From positions 1-37,059 of the forward strand of contig CANQTB010000001.1 of the NCBI GenBank assembly GCA_947626665.1: a stretch of 37,059 nt of DNA. The letters are read 5' to 3'. A program made the position numbers and the translations under genes. Numbering within the stretch: position 1 is the first letter of the stretch; each line of letters starts with the position of its first letter. This document shows, one piece after another, positions 25,361 to 36,183 of the stretch. Source of the DNA: an uncultured Eggerthellaceae bacterium. Lineage in GTDB: Bacteria; Actinomycetota; Coriobacteriia; Coriobacteriales; Eggerthellaceae. Below the pieces are notes generated by a model. It saw only the letters and a program-made list of their open reading frames with translations, was not told the origin of the DNA and did no database searches.

Positions 25361-25899
25361 GCATGTGTCGGGATGACGACAACGTGACGATTGCTTCCTT
25401 CGCCCTCCGATGCGGTTTCTACCCTTTCATCATCGCGTAAGGCTATATGAATAATTCGGCGCTCATATGGGGTCATGGGGCGTAATTTCACATTACGATG
25501 TTGCGATGCGGCACGATTAGCCGAGGAACGAGCAAGAGCTTCAAGTTTTTGGCGCTGTCGACTCTTATACCCTTCAATATCAACAATCACGGGATAGCGA
25601 TATCCAATACGACGTACCGTGATTGCGGAAACAACAAACTGTAGCGCTTCAAGGGTCTTGCCATGGCGGCCGATAAGAATAGCAAGACTTTCCCCTGTGA
25701 TATCAAGAATCAGCTCGCCCTCGTCGCCCTCATATTCATCGATTGTCACTTCACCAACATTGAAAAACTTCAAAATGCTCTGCAACACATCAATTGCCGT
25801 ATCGGCAATCTCATCGAGCATCTCGTCAGTTACTTCCGGTTCTTGATCGTCAGATTCCATCTGAGTAATTTCTTCTTCTTCCATACCCACAACTCCCAA
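25357..25899 (-). CDS. jag: Jag/KhpB-type RNA-binding protein (KH + R3H)
   Basis: R3H region ERRIIHIALRDDERVETASEGEGSNRHVVV. Position between yidC and rsmG. Acidic N-terminus. Confidence 0.8.
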   Translation of the reverse strand: MGVVGMEEEEITQMESDDQEPEVTDEMLDEIADTAIDVLQSILKFFNVGEVTIDEYEGDEGELILDITGESLAILIGRHGKTLEALQFVVSAITVRRIGYRYPVIVDIEGYKSRQRQKLEALARSSANRAASQHRNVKLRPMTPYERRIIHIALRDDERVETASEGEGSNRHVVVIPTHA

Positions 25900-25921
25900 C
25901 AGGCATCTCCCATAGATTTTA

Positions 25922-26758
25922 TTAACGCTTCTTCTTTGGACGTGCTTTCTTGGCCTTCCGTGTTACATAAACCTCAACCGGAGCAGTTTCTGCCAACAGA
26001 GCCTCTTCTTTCTCGTCCTTCTTCTTGAAGTGGCGAAGAGTTAGCTGGCTCTGCAAAATACCGATAACGGATGAAGCTCCCCAGAAGAGCAACACGCCAG
26101 CAGGTGAGCCCCAACCAATCCACAACATAAAGGCTGTCATAACGACTGCCATCACAATCATTTGTGTTCGCTGCGCATTATTGTTGGTTTTCAGCTGCTG
26201 AATAACCATCGGAATGAAGGTCGCTCCAGCAAAAATAAGAAGCAAAATCATATAGGGAACAAATGTTCCAAAACTCACATTGATAGCATTTGCCGGAGAC
26301 AGCTCTAAGCTCGGGATGATGTCGTAGAAACGAACCGGACCATTGAGCAATTGATCCAGTAAGGCAGGATCTTGCACCGCCTGCGCAACATCAACCGTTT
26401 GATATCCTGAGATATGAACAGGAAGCTCACGAAGAACTTGGAATAATGCAGCGAAGATAGGAAGCTGGATCAGCATCGGGAGACAGCCTGCCAAAGGATT
26501 GAACTTCGTCGAGGCATAGATTTTTTGCATCTCTTCGCTTTGTCTTACTCTGTCGTCGGCGAAACGCTCTTGGATGCTTTGAATCTTCGGTTGTATTTTC
26601 TGCATCTGATACGTCGACTTTGTCTGCTTATACATCAAGGGCGCGACGAGAATACGGAAAATCACCGTGACAATGATGATAGCAAGACCCCAGTCACCGC
26701 AAAAACTATAGAAGAATTGGATGATATCGAATATCCAATCCTTAAATACTTCCCACAT
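25922..26758 (-). CDS. yidC: membrane protein insertase YidC (short form)
   Basis: NPLAGCLPMLIQLPIFAALF motif, multiple TM segments, basic C-terminal tail RKAKKARPKKKR. Confidence 0.9.
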   Translation of the reverse strand: MWEVFKDWIFDIIQFFYSFCGDWGLAIIIVTVIFRILVAPLMYKQTKSTYQMQKIQPKIQSIQERFADDRVRQSEEMQKIYASTKFNPLAGCLPMLIQLPIFAALFQVLRELPVHISGYQTVDVAQAVQDPALLDQLLNGPVRFYDIIPSLELSPANAINVSFGTFVPYMILLLIFAGATFIPMVIQQLKTNNNAQRTQMIVMAVVMTAFMLWIGWGSPAGVLLFWGASSVIGILQSQLTLRHFKKKDEKEEALLAETAPVEVYVTRKAKKARPKKKR

Positions 26759-26790
26759 AGATGAATATCTCCTCTATACGTTAAGGCGTC

Positions 26791-27030
26791 TTACGGTAAG
26801 GGGTCATAGCCGTAAGTTCCGCCAGGTCGGCAGCGTAATATACGCTTCGCAGTCAAAACAAATCCTTTTAAAAAGCCATAACGTTGAAATGCCTGCAAGC
26901 CATATTCCGAACAAGTGGGAATATGGCGACAACACGAAGGAAATAACGGAGAAATAGCCGCGCGGTAAAACATTATGAGCATCACGGCTACCTTGACCGG
27001 TATTTTCTTTATGATGCCTAAGAATTTCAT
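26791..27030 (-). CDS. yidD: membrane protein insertion efficiency factor YidD
   Basis: YRAAISPLFPSCCRHIPTCSEYG motif. The ATG at 27030 overlaps the rnpA stop (ATGA). The longer track ORF running to 27066 is unlikely. Confidence 0.85.
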   Translation of the reverse strand: MKFLGIIKKIPVKVAVMLIMFYRAAISPLFPSCCRHIPTCSEYGLQAFQRYGFLKGFVLTAKRILRCRPGGTYGYDPLP

Positions 27031-27353
27031 CGCACTAAAGGCTCTTTCTTTCGTAGCTGTTCGCATGATTTAAGAACTTTACTATAATTCGCATCTTTCA
27101 GGGCCGACTTTGCAAGAAATATCACGTCGTAATCCTGCCAAGGGCCTCCAAGATCACGACAAAGGGAGCGTAATCGACGTTTCAGCCGGTTTCTTACAAC
27201 GGCGCCTCCAAGCTTTTTCCCCGCAATAAAAGCAACACGACCAGATTGGCCGTGTTCTACAATAAAGGTAACATAAGCAGTCTTGACGTATCTTCCCTCA
27301 TGAAATATGCGGGATATTTCGTCTTTCGATCGAATCGTTTCAATCTTAGACAC
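27027..27353 (-). CDS. rnpA: ribonuclease P protein component
   Basis: Basic RnpA-like sequence ([21 protein letters not shown]). The proposed GTG start at 27353 overlaps the rpmH stop. The track ORF extends to 27446, but that stretch overlaps rpmH. Confidence 0.8.
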   Translation of the reverse strand: MSKIETIRSKDEISRIFHEGRYVKTAYVTFIVEHGQSGRVAFIAGKKLGGAVVRNRLKRRLRSLCRDLGGPWQDYDVIFLAKSALKDANYSKVLKSCEQLRKKEPLVR

Positions 27354-27480
27354 AGAGACGCTTACGTCCCTTCGCGCGGCGACGTGCAATAACATGCCTT
27401 CCCGCCTTCGTTGACATACGAGCGCGGAAGCCATGGCATTTAGCACGTTTTCGTGTGTTCGGTTGGTACGTGCGTTTCAT
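27346..27480 (-). CDS. rpmH: 50S ribosomal protein L34 (44 aa, absent from the ORF track)
   Basis: Hand translation: [44 protein letters not shown]. Confidence 0.9.
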   Translation of the reverse strand: MKRTYQPNTRKRAKCHGFRARMSTKAGRHVIARRRAKGRKRLCV

Positions 27481-27516
27481 ATCATTTCCCTTTCATGACA
27501 AAAGCGTAACTGCAAA

Positions 27517-27545
27517 AGCATACTAAGCACTTTACTTCAAGTCAA
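27517..27545 (-). promoter_or_regulatory. candidate sigma-70-type promoter for rpmH
   Basis: The minus strand reads TTGACT-N17-TATGCT, ending about 36 nt upstream of the rpmH ATG. Confidence 0.45.
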
Positions 27546-27950
27546 TGAAAAAATTCATCAGCGTTGAGGGATTATACCTACGATCTTAGGGGAGCAGAAT
27601 AGCCTTTCAGGGCAGAGATCCGATACCTTTCCGTTAGCCAAAGCAGATTATTTATGAATGCTTTTCCTTACAACTGCTCTTTTTATTAAAGAGAGGTTGT
27701 TTATGGTAATAAGGGCGGTGGATATGTTGAAAACTATCGTTTGTGCTGATAAACGAAAAAAAGATATTCGCATTGAAAAGTGAAAACACCAGAGATTTTT
27801 CCATGGAGAAAAATGACTTCCTTATCTTTCCCAAGATTTATGCATTTCATCCGCTTGTTATGCCAAGACAATCAACAACCGTGCCCCAAGATTTCCCGCA
27901 CAATATCATCGGGGAATCGATCGCAGATGATATTAGTGATCGATGGACGC

Positions 27951-29576
27951 TTACAGCTCGCGAATGATATGCTTCAGCGTTTCAACCTCTTCTTGGATGC
28001 CTCGGTCTTCGCGAATAAGTTTTTCCATTACATCAACCGAGTGCATTGCCGTCGAATGATCGCGATTGAAGCGCTTGGCGATGGTGTTGAAAGGAAGATC
28101 AGTCATCTGGCGACAAAGATAAATTGCGATCTGGCGCGGTTGCACTATTTCCTTTGCACGTGAAGGGCCTATGAGGTCTTTATGGGAGATCTTGAAGAAT
28201 GATTCAACTTCCTTCTGTATATCCTCAACAGTAAGGGTATGGGAAAGCGCGGGGGTGAAAAAGCTTTCGAGCACCATCCTCACATCCTCAACGCCAGGGT
28301 TTGGCTGATGGAAAAATTCCATATGATAGATAACTTTTGTAATGGCACCCTTCAGTTCTCGAATATTCGAACCCGAGTTTTCTGCGATATAAAGTTGGAC
28401 AGATTCGGGTATTTGAAGATTGGGCTTATCATCATTGATGCGATATTGGTTGATGAAGCTTTTGATGATGCCAAGCTTTGTTTCAACCGACGGGGGTTGA
28501 ATGTCCACGATTCCGCCTTGCGAAAAGCGTGATTGATATCGTTCATCGATGTCGATGTTCTTTGGAGCGCGGTCGGCTGAAAGCACCACTTGTTTTCCCC
28601 AACCAATAAGTTTATTGAAAACCTCGAACACGATTTCCAGTGTCTGGCGTTTTCCTTGAAGTGACTGAATATCGTCTATAAGGAGAATGTCCGCCTGTTG
28701 GTAACGTGTTTTGAAGTTCTTGAAGGATGATTTCTCTTTGTCGTGAGCGATAGATGCTTCGGTAAAATCATTGAGTAGATCGGCTGAGTCTACATAGACC
28801 GTTGTCATGAGAGGCGAGGTCTCATCAATATAGTTTTGTATTGCCCTGAGCAAATGCGTTTTCCCGAGGCCGCTCTTTCCATAGATGAAAAGGGGATTCA
28901 AGGCGGTACGACCAGGATTTTCCGCCACATCGACAGCCATTGAATAAGCCATGCGATTGGAATCGCCGATGACGAAGTTTTCAAACGTCAGCTGAGCTGT
29001 TGGATTGATAGTGCCGCCAAACATCGTATTTTTCTGCATTGACTCTTTGAAATGCTGATCTATTGGTGTGTTCTTACGTTCAGAGAGCACTTTTGGATCA
29101 TCATCTTGCAGCGGATTGCCTCTTTGCAGCTGGCTAAGAGATCCATCATTGTTTGACGCCGAGTTGGCCGAGGGGATCGGCTTTTCCTGAACCTTGTTAC
29201 CAGAGGATGGAAAAGCATTCTGCTGGGCCGCTGATTTTTCAGGTGAGTTTGTCGTAGTGTTTTGAGAAACAGGAGCTGACATTGTTGGATCAACTTCAAT
29301 GAGAACCGTGAAATCTACCTGATAAAGCTCCTTGAGGGCATTCTTAATGAGTGAAAGATAATGGCGTTCGATCCACTGCTTCATAAAATCATTTTCCGCA
29401 GTGAGCATGAGAAACCCCTCGCTCATCGCCTGAGGACGAAGACGAGAGAAGAACGCGATGATCTGACTTGCGTCAACTTCCTCACGTGATGTAATGGAGC
29501 TGCAAACACGTGACCATTCTTCATTGAGGTTTTGAAAATCAACCATAGTTCTACTCACTTTATAATCTGAAAGCAT
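27951..29576 (-). CDS. dnaA: chromosomal replication initiator DnaA
   Basis: Walker A GKSGLGKTHLL, LLIDDIQ, and DnaA signature region FNRDHSTAMHSV. Long Ser/Asn/Gln-rich domain II. An alternative ATG lies at 29546. Confidence 0.95.
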   Translation of the reverse strand: MLSDYKVSRTMVDFQNLNEEWSRVCSSITSREEVDASQIIAFFSRLRPQAMSEGFLMLTAENDFMKQWIERHYLSLIKNALKELYQVDFTVLIEVDPTMSAPVSQNTTTNSPEKSAAQQNAFPSSGNKVQEKPIPSANSASNNDGSLSQLQRGNPLQDDDPKVLSERKNTPIDQHFKESMQKNTMFGGTINPTAQLTFENFVIGDSNRMAYSMAVDVAENPGRTALNPLFIYGKSGLGKTHLLRAIQNYIDETSPLMTTVYVDSADLLNDFTEASIAHDKEKSSFKNFKTRYQQADILLIDDIQSLQGKRQTLEIVFEVFNKLIGWGKQVVLSADRAPKNIDIDERYQSRFSQGGIVDIQPPSVETKLGIIKSFINQYRINDDKPNLQIPESVQLYIAENSGSNIRELKGAITKVIYHMEFFHQPNPGVEDVRMVLESFFTPALSHTLTVEDIQKEVESFFKISHKDLIGPSRAKEIVQPRQIAIYLCRQMTDLPFNTIAKRFNRDHSTAMHSVDVMEKLIREDRGIQEEVETLKHIIREL

Positions 29577-29671
29577 TGAATGCTTTTTCTCACTGTTTTG
29601 CGAAACAGATTATACGAGAGAAGACTTTTTGGTGGCGGAATTGAAAGAAATACTCAGGAAAGTTTATTTGG

Positions 29672-30478
29672 TCACTCAAGAAAACTTTTTGCAACCGCTT
29701 TTCCCTCATCAGTAAGTGCACGTTTTTTCCCGACACGTTTTACCAGCCCTGCTTCCTCAAGCTTCGAAAGCGTTTGATGAGTGCTGGAAAGAGCCACTTT
29801 GGTGAGATTCGAAAGATCTGTTACTCCAAGCTGGCCCTCCTGATAGAGGAGGGGAAGAAATTGTTTTGCATGAGCAGAAAGAAATGGTGTTGATGCATAA
29901 ACGGCATTTGAGGGATGTTTCGGTGAAGATTCTCTTTCCATTTCCGGAAGAGGGGAGGGTATCTGGTCGTGAAAGGGAGTGAGGCTGATGGTGACGACAG
30001 AGCCCGTGTTGAGATTATCTTCAAGGGTGATCATCCCATTTGAATAATCCATGTATTCCTTTACATAGGGAAGGCCGGAGCCAACACCGCGGATATAGCG
30101 TTTCATAGGTTCGGTTGCTGAGGTGAAACCCGGGCGCTGAGCGTTATCTTTGTCTTCGATGCCCGGCCCCTGATCGGCAAAACGGATAGTGTTTCCCTCT
30201 CCGATGATGGAAACAACAATTTCCTGGAATCTTGCATGGATGAAATTTTCAGCCACCTCGCGAATAACGGTGTAGGGGATTTTTCCGCCTTGCAGACGGG
30301 CGTTCTCATAAACGGATGTCGAGAGCTTTTCGATAAATTCCACCGTATGGGCAGGAGGTATTTCGATTACACGTGGCACTGAGCGAAGGTCGTCATATAC
30401 CGCAATACGAGCAGTTTGCGAGACGAAATCGAACGAGGAATCACGTGATTCTTCTTGGTTTATTATCGTTTTTTCCAC
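29672..30478 (-). CDS. GHKL (Bergerat-fold) ATPase-like domain fused to a C-terminal winged helix; function unknown
   Basis: 268 aa. GTG start with AGGAGG 7 nt upstream. N-box-like EVAENFIHA, G1-like ADQGPGI, G2-like GVGSGLPYV. C-terminal GVTDLSNLTKVALSSTHQTLSKLEEAGLVKRVGKKRALT is MarR/ArsR-like. No DHp/His-box is visible. Confidence 0.75.
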   Translation of the reverse strand: MEKTIINQEESRDSSFDFVSQTARIAVYDDLRSVPRVIEIPPAHTVEFIEKLSTSVYENARLQGGKIPYTVIREVAENFIHARFQEIVVSIIGEGNTIRFADQGPGIEDKDNAQRPGFTSATEPMKRYIRGVGSGLPYVKEYMDYSNGMITLEDNLNTGSVVTISLTPFHDQIPSPLPEMERESSPKHPSNAVYASTPFLSAHAKQFLPLLYQEGQLGVTDLSNLTKVALSSTHQTLSKLEEAGLVKRVGKKRALTDEGKAVAKSFLE

Positions 30479-31165
30479 GTGATTCCTCCTTTCCTCCTCT
30501 AACGTAGTGAAGCCTCATGCCACTGTCTTCAGCTTTTCCTCATAACGAGTCGTTCGCGATACATGGTTTTCAATATTGTCTCACTGTACAACTTTCTTTA
30601 GCTTTCAAAGTTATCAACATTTTATTCATAAAAAGTGGAGAAAGTTGAATTAAAACGAAAAAGTCCTTTCGTCGAGAAAATGCTTTGGTGAAAAACTTTC
30701 AAATTTTTTCTTGACTTTTCAATCATCTTCGGTTTCGCCTGATCGTCGCACGGAGTTAAAAGGAATAGCACGAATGCTGCCTGGAAAGAAAGCAGAATTG
30801 CAAAAAACAAGGTATTGCAATTTCGTAAAATTAGGTTTTCCCAGTTCAATAACGAAATATTGAAAAATGTGTTTTTCTGGGATTATTACTGTTTTCACAA
30901 GCAACCAGCACTAATTTTGAAACACACCGTGGTTTCCCCTTATTTATCCACGTCTAATTCTGTGTAAATGAAAAGTTATCCACTTTATCCACAATTTCAG
31001 ATGGGAGTTTTAAACTTCTTTCATCTTCAAGAGAAAGTTGAAAGCGAAAATTTTCATAAATTATGAATATTCGTCATATTTTCAGCTTTCACTTTTTTCA
31101 GCTTTCACTCAGGATAACCCCTTTAACGGGATACAATAGCAAAAACAAAGAGAAAGGTCGTTCCC
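30479..31165. other. oriC: probable oriC (687-bp AT-rich non-coding region at the strand switch)
   Basis: It contains the consensus DnaA boxes. Every gene from 22196 to 30478 is on the minus strand and every gene from 31166 onward is on the plus strand. An AT-rich stretch at 31045-31080 is a candidate unwinding element. Confidence 0.7.
30944..30993 (+). promoter_or_regulatory. cluster of three same-orientation DnaA boxes
   Basis: TTATCCACG at 30944-30952, TTATCCACT at 30976-30984, and TTATCCACA at 30985-30993 (the last two abut). A one-mismatch box, TTATCAACA, lies at 30611-30619. Confidence 0.8.
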
Positions 31166-32269
31166 GTGAAAATAAGCATCAATAAATCCGAACTTCTCAA
31201 TGCCCTTTCAATCGTTTCAAAAGGCGTCTCGGCGCGTTCAACGCTTCCGGTGCTTTCGGGAATACTTCTCGATGCATCGGGGGACGGCATTACCATGCAG
31301 TCATCCGATTTGGAACTATCGGTGAAATATCGTGTAGCGGCATTGGTAGAAGAGGAAGGCAGAGCGGTTTTGCCGGGTAAATACTTCCTCGATATCGTGA
31401 AGAACCTTCCCGACGCAGCGGTAGCGATCGATACGAATATTGAAAGCGCCCATATCATTGGAGGGGGTGCCTCCTTTTCCATCAAAATACTCAATGCGGA
31501 AGATTTCCCTGCGTTTCCCGTTGTAGAGCCTGATCAAGTAGTTGAGCTTCCCTATGAGGAATTTTGCAAGATGGTAAAGCGCGTGGTGAAGGTGGTTTCG
31601 CGTGATGAAACGCGAGCGATTCTCACGGGCGTGCTGATTTCTGTCAATGGTGGAAAAGTTCGCATGGTCGCCACCGATTCATATCGCCTTGCCCTTACTG
31701 AATCTGAACTTCCCGAGGCGAACGTCGATGCATTTCAGGCTGTCATTGCGGGGAGTTTCTTAAGCGAGCTTACGACGCTGCCAAAAGGTGCTTCGGTTTT
31801 AACGCTTGGCGTTGCGGAAAACCAAATCATCGTGACTTGCGGCGATACCGTCATGATCAACCGGAGAATAGAAGGGAACTTCCCCAATTACCAGCAGCTT
31901 CTCCCAGAAAGTTCGTCTATGAGGGCAACAGCCGATCTTGAGGAGCTAAAAGCCAGCATCAGGCGTTCTTCATTGTTGGGCACGTCTGCAACGCCGGTGA
32001 AGCTCGATTTCAATGTAGATAGCCAAACGTTGCTCATCACGTCGAATGTGTTGGATGTGGGGCATACCGAGGAAACGCTTTCGTGTGAGATCACGGGAGA
32101 GGACGAGGTTGTCGCCTTTAATTCTTCCTATGTGCTCGATGGGCTTGCGGCGATCAATACGGAGAAGGTTCATATCGAGCTGATCTCCTCATTAAAGCCG
32201 GGAATTTTCCGTGCTGATGCGCCAGAGAATTATCTGTATCTGGTCATGCCGGTGCATATTTCCTCATAA
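31166..32269 (+). CDS. dnaN: DNA polymerase III beta sliding clamp
   Basis: GTG start. N-terminus MKISINKSELLNALSIVSKGVSARSTLPVLSGILL. About 367 aa with a three-domain layout. Conserved position. Confidence 0.95.
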   Translation: MKISINKSELLNALSIVSKGVSARSTLPVLSGILLDASGDGITMQSSDLELSVKYRVAALVEEEGRAVLPGKYFLDIVKNLPDAAVAIDTNIESAHIIGGGASFSIKILNAEDFPAFPVVEPDQVVELPYEEFCKMVKRVVKVVSRDETRAILTGVLISVNGGKVRMVATDSYRLALTESELPEANVDAFQAVIAGSFLSELTTLPKGASVLTLGVAENQIIVTCGDTVMINRRIEGNFPNYQQLLPESSSMRATADLEELKASIRRSSLLGTSATPVKLDFNVDSQTLLITSNVLDVGHTEETLSCEITGEDEVVAFNSSYVLDGLAAINTEKVHIELISSLKPGIFRADAPENYLYLVMPVHISS

Positions 32270-32274
32270 AGGAC

Positions 32275-33381
32275 ATGTCTCTTCACATCACTCATATAGA
32301 GCTGACGGAATTCCGCAGCTGGCATCGTTTGCGGCTCGATGTCGAGAATCCCCTTGTCATTTTGGTGGGGGAGAATGCGACGGGGAAAACCAACACGATC
32401 GAGGCGGTGGAGCTTCTTACCGCGCTCACGTCGTTTCGGCATGCGACCACCGAACAGCTCGTTTCTCATGGGGAGGAATCTGCCCATCTTGCGATCGATG
32501 TTAAAGAGGGCACGCGAGAGCTTCAAATAGAACTTCATCTCGCGGACAATCGTCGTCGCTATATGCTTAATGGCAAAGCGAAACGCCCAAAGGATCTAAA
32601 AGGGCTTGTACCTGCCGTCTGCTTCACTCCGGATGATCTCATGGTGGTAAAAGGCGCGAATGCGCAAAGGCGGCATCTGATCGATGCGCTCGGGTCCCAG
32701 CTTTCAGCCCATTATCATCAAGTTCTCATGGATTATGAAAAGGTCATTCATCATAAGAATCGCTTACTGAAGGATGAGGCGCCTGACGATTACCTTGAGG
32801 CGGTAAACGAACTTGTGATCACCTGTGGTGCCCAGCTTGGGTTTTTTCGCGCGAATCTCATTGAAAGGCTTTCGCCCTACGTTAAAAGCCATTATGCCGA
32901 AATATCATCCGATCGCGAAGTGCTCGATCTTGCTTACGAGCCTTCTTGGGGAAATGCTCAGATGACCCGTGATGAAGCACGTGATTCGCTAGCTGAGGCG
33001 CTTGCCGATTATGCTGAAAGGGAGCGCGCGGCACACAAATCGCTCGTTGGGCCCCATGCTGATCACATCACGTTTCTTCTTGCTGGAAAGGATGCATCTC
33101 TTTTCGCCTCCCAAGGTCAGCAGCGCTCCATCGTGCTTGCAGAGAAGCTTGCCGAAGCGACGCTTGTCGAGATTATCCTCGAGAAGAAGCCGATCCTGCT
33201 TCTTGATGATGTGATGAGCGAGCTTGATCATAGAAGGCGCGATGCCCTTATGAGTTTTCTTGAAGATGGTGCCCAAGCATTCATCACAACGGTGAACCTT
33301 GATTATTTCACTCCTGAGATTTTAGCGGCATCCCAGATCGTTGAGCTTTCGAGAATTCAGAATGGATGTATGCAAGCTTGA
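32275..33381 (+). CDS. recF: DNA replication and repair protein RecF
   Basis: Walker A GENATGKTN, SQGQQRS signature, LLLDDVMSELD Walker B. Confidence 0.93.
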   Translation: MSLHITHIELTEFRSWHRLRLDVENPLVILVGENATGKTNTIEAVELLTALTSFRHATTEQLVSHGEESAHLAIDVKEGTRELQIELHLADNRRRYMLNGKAKRPKDLKGLVPAVCFTPDDLMVVKGANAQRRHLIDALGSQLSAHYHQVLMDYEKVIHHKNRLLKDEAPDDYLEAVNELVITCGAQLGFFRANLIERLSPYVKSHYAEISSDREVLDLAYEPSWGNAQMTRDEARDSLAEALADYAERERAAHKSLVGPHADHITFLLAGKDASLFASQGQQRSIVLAEKLAEATLVEIILEKKPILLLDDVMSELDHRRRDALMSFLEDGAQAFITTVNLDYFTPEILAASQIVELSRIQNGCMQA

Positions 33382-33905
33382 TAAGGCTCGGAGATGAAAT
33401 ACGATCGCAGGCAAATCAGCTGGCGCGGGGAAACGACGCCTCACGTTTGGCAAGGCGTATTGCGGAAGTGCACGCAATGTTTGCTGATGCGGCGCAAGCG
33501 CTCTACCATGAAAACGCACCCGAAGTGCTTTCCCATGTGAACGCTGTCTATATTAAAAATGAAAGCGGGCAGAAAACCCTATCGCTTTACATCGATGACG
33601 GGAGTTTTCGTTGGGATTTATACAACCAACAACATTTTCTCATGCTTTGGCTCAAAGAACGCCATGGAGAGCAGATCGATGTGGTGAAAACCTATCCCTC
33701 GCGTCTCGGCATGAGGGACCGCCATCCTTTTAAAACGGCAAACTCCCTCGATGACCAGCGAAAAGTCGCAAAAAAGACGATCACGCAAGGAGAACGGGAA
33801 CACATTGAGAAAACGGCGCAGAGCATTGCCGATCCTTGGTTGAAAAGGCGATTCATCGAAGCGATGACAGCATCGCTTGAGCGTGGGATAAAGGCCGAGA
33901 AATAA
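33366..33905 (+). CDS. DUF721/DciA-like protein
   Basis: 179 aa. Overlaps the recF 3' end by 16 nt. Its position between recF and gyrB is typical of the actinobacterial DUF721 gene. The core pattern HVNAVYIKNESGQKTLSLYIDDGSFRWDL fits from memory only. Confidence 0.55.
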   Translation: MYASLIRLGDEIRSQANQLARGNDASRLARRIAEVHAMFADAAQALYHENAPEVLSHVNAVYIKNESGQKTLSLYIDDGSFRWDLYNQQHFLMLWLKERHGEQIDVVKTYPSRLGMRDRHPFKTANSLDDQRKVAKKTITQGEREHIEKTAQSIADPWLKRRFIEAMTASLERGIKAEK

Positions 33906-33994
33906 CCTGAAATTCAAAAAGATGGGTAAAAAATGAGGAAAAATTCAAAACCCCATCTGAGAACGGCTTAAAACGGCTCAAATCAAAGCATAGT

Positions 33995-34023
33995 TTATAA
34001 AAAATAGGTTTATTTGGTATAAT
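33995..34023 (+). promoter_or_regulatory. candidate extended -10 promoter for gyrB
   Basis: TTATAA-N17-TATAAT, with TGg immediately upstream of the -10. It lies about 105 nt upstream of the gyrB ATG. The leader contains the hairpin GTCGTGT...ACACGAC. Confidence 0.4.
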
Positions 34024-34109
34024 AAGCAAAACGCGCAAAGCAGCTGTCGTGTGCCCTGTGAACAACACGACAACATGCAAAAGCGTCTTATATGAGAAGC
34101 ACACTGTGA

Positions 34110-36074
<1,965 letters not shown>

Positions 36075-36183
36075 CTATTCGACAAGAAGTCAGATTTGAA
36101 AGAAGATTGACCGCGAAGAAAGATGATCAGCCGCAAGCTGACCGTGCGCGGTGCCTGAGTGAGAAGGACAAGACAGGAAAACT

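Noticed and set aside
27354-27446. N-terminal extension of the rnpA ORF given in the track
   Set aside because: This stretch overlaps rpmH in another frame. A GTG at 27353 that overlaps the rpmH stop gives a normal-sized RnpA.
27652-27834. 60-aa minus-strand ORF between dnaA and rpmH
   Set aside because: It is a Phe/Ser/Lys-rich translation of AT-rich spacer with no ribosome-binding site.
29609-29614. TATAAT on the minus strand 33 nt upstream of dnaA as an independent dnaA promoter
   Set aside because: There is no acceptable -35 or TG extension at the right spacing, so I did not call it. Co-transcription with the upstream gene seems more likely but is untested.
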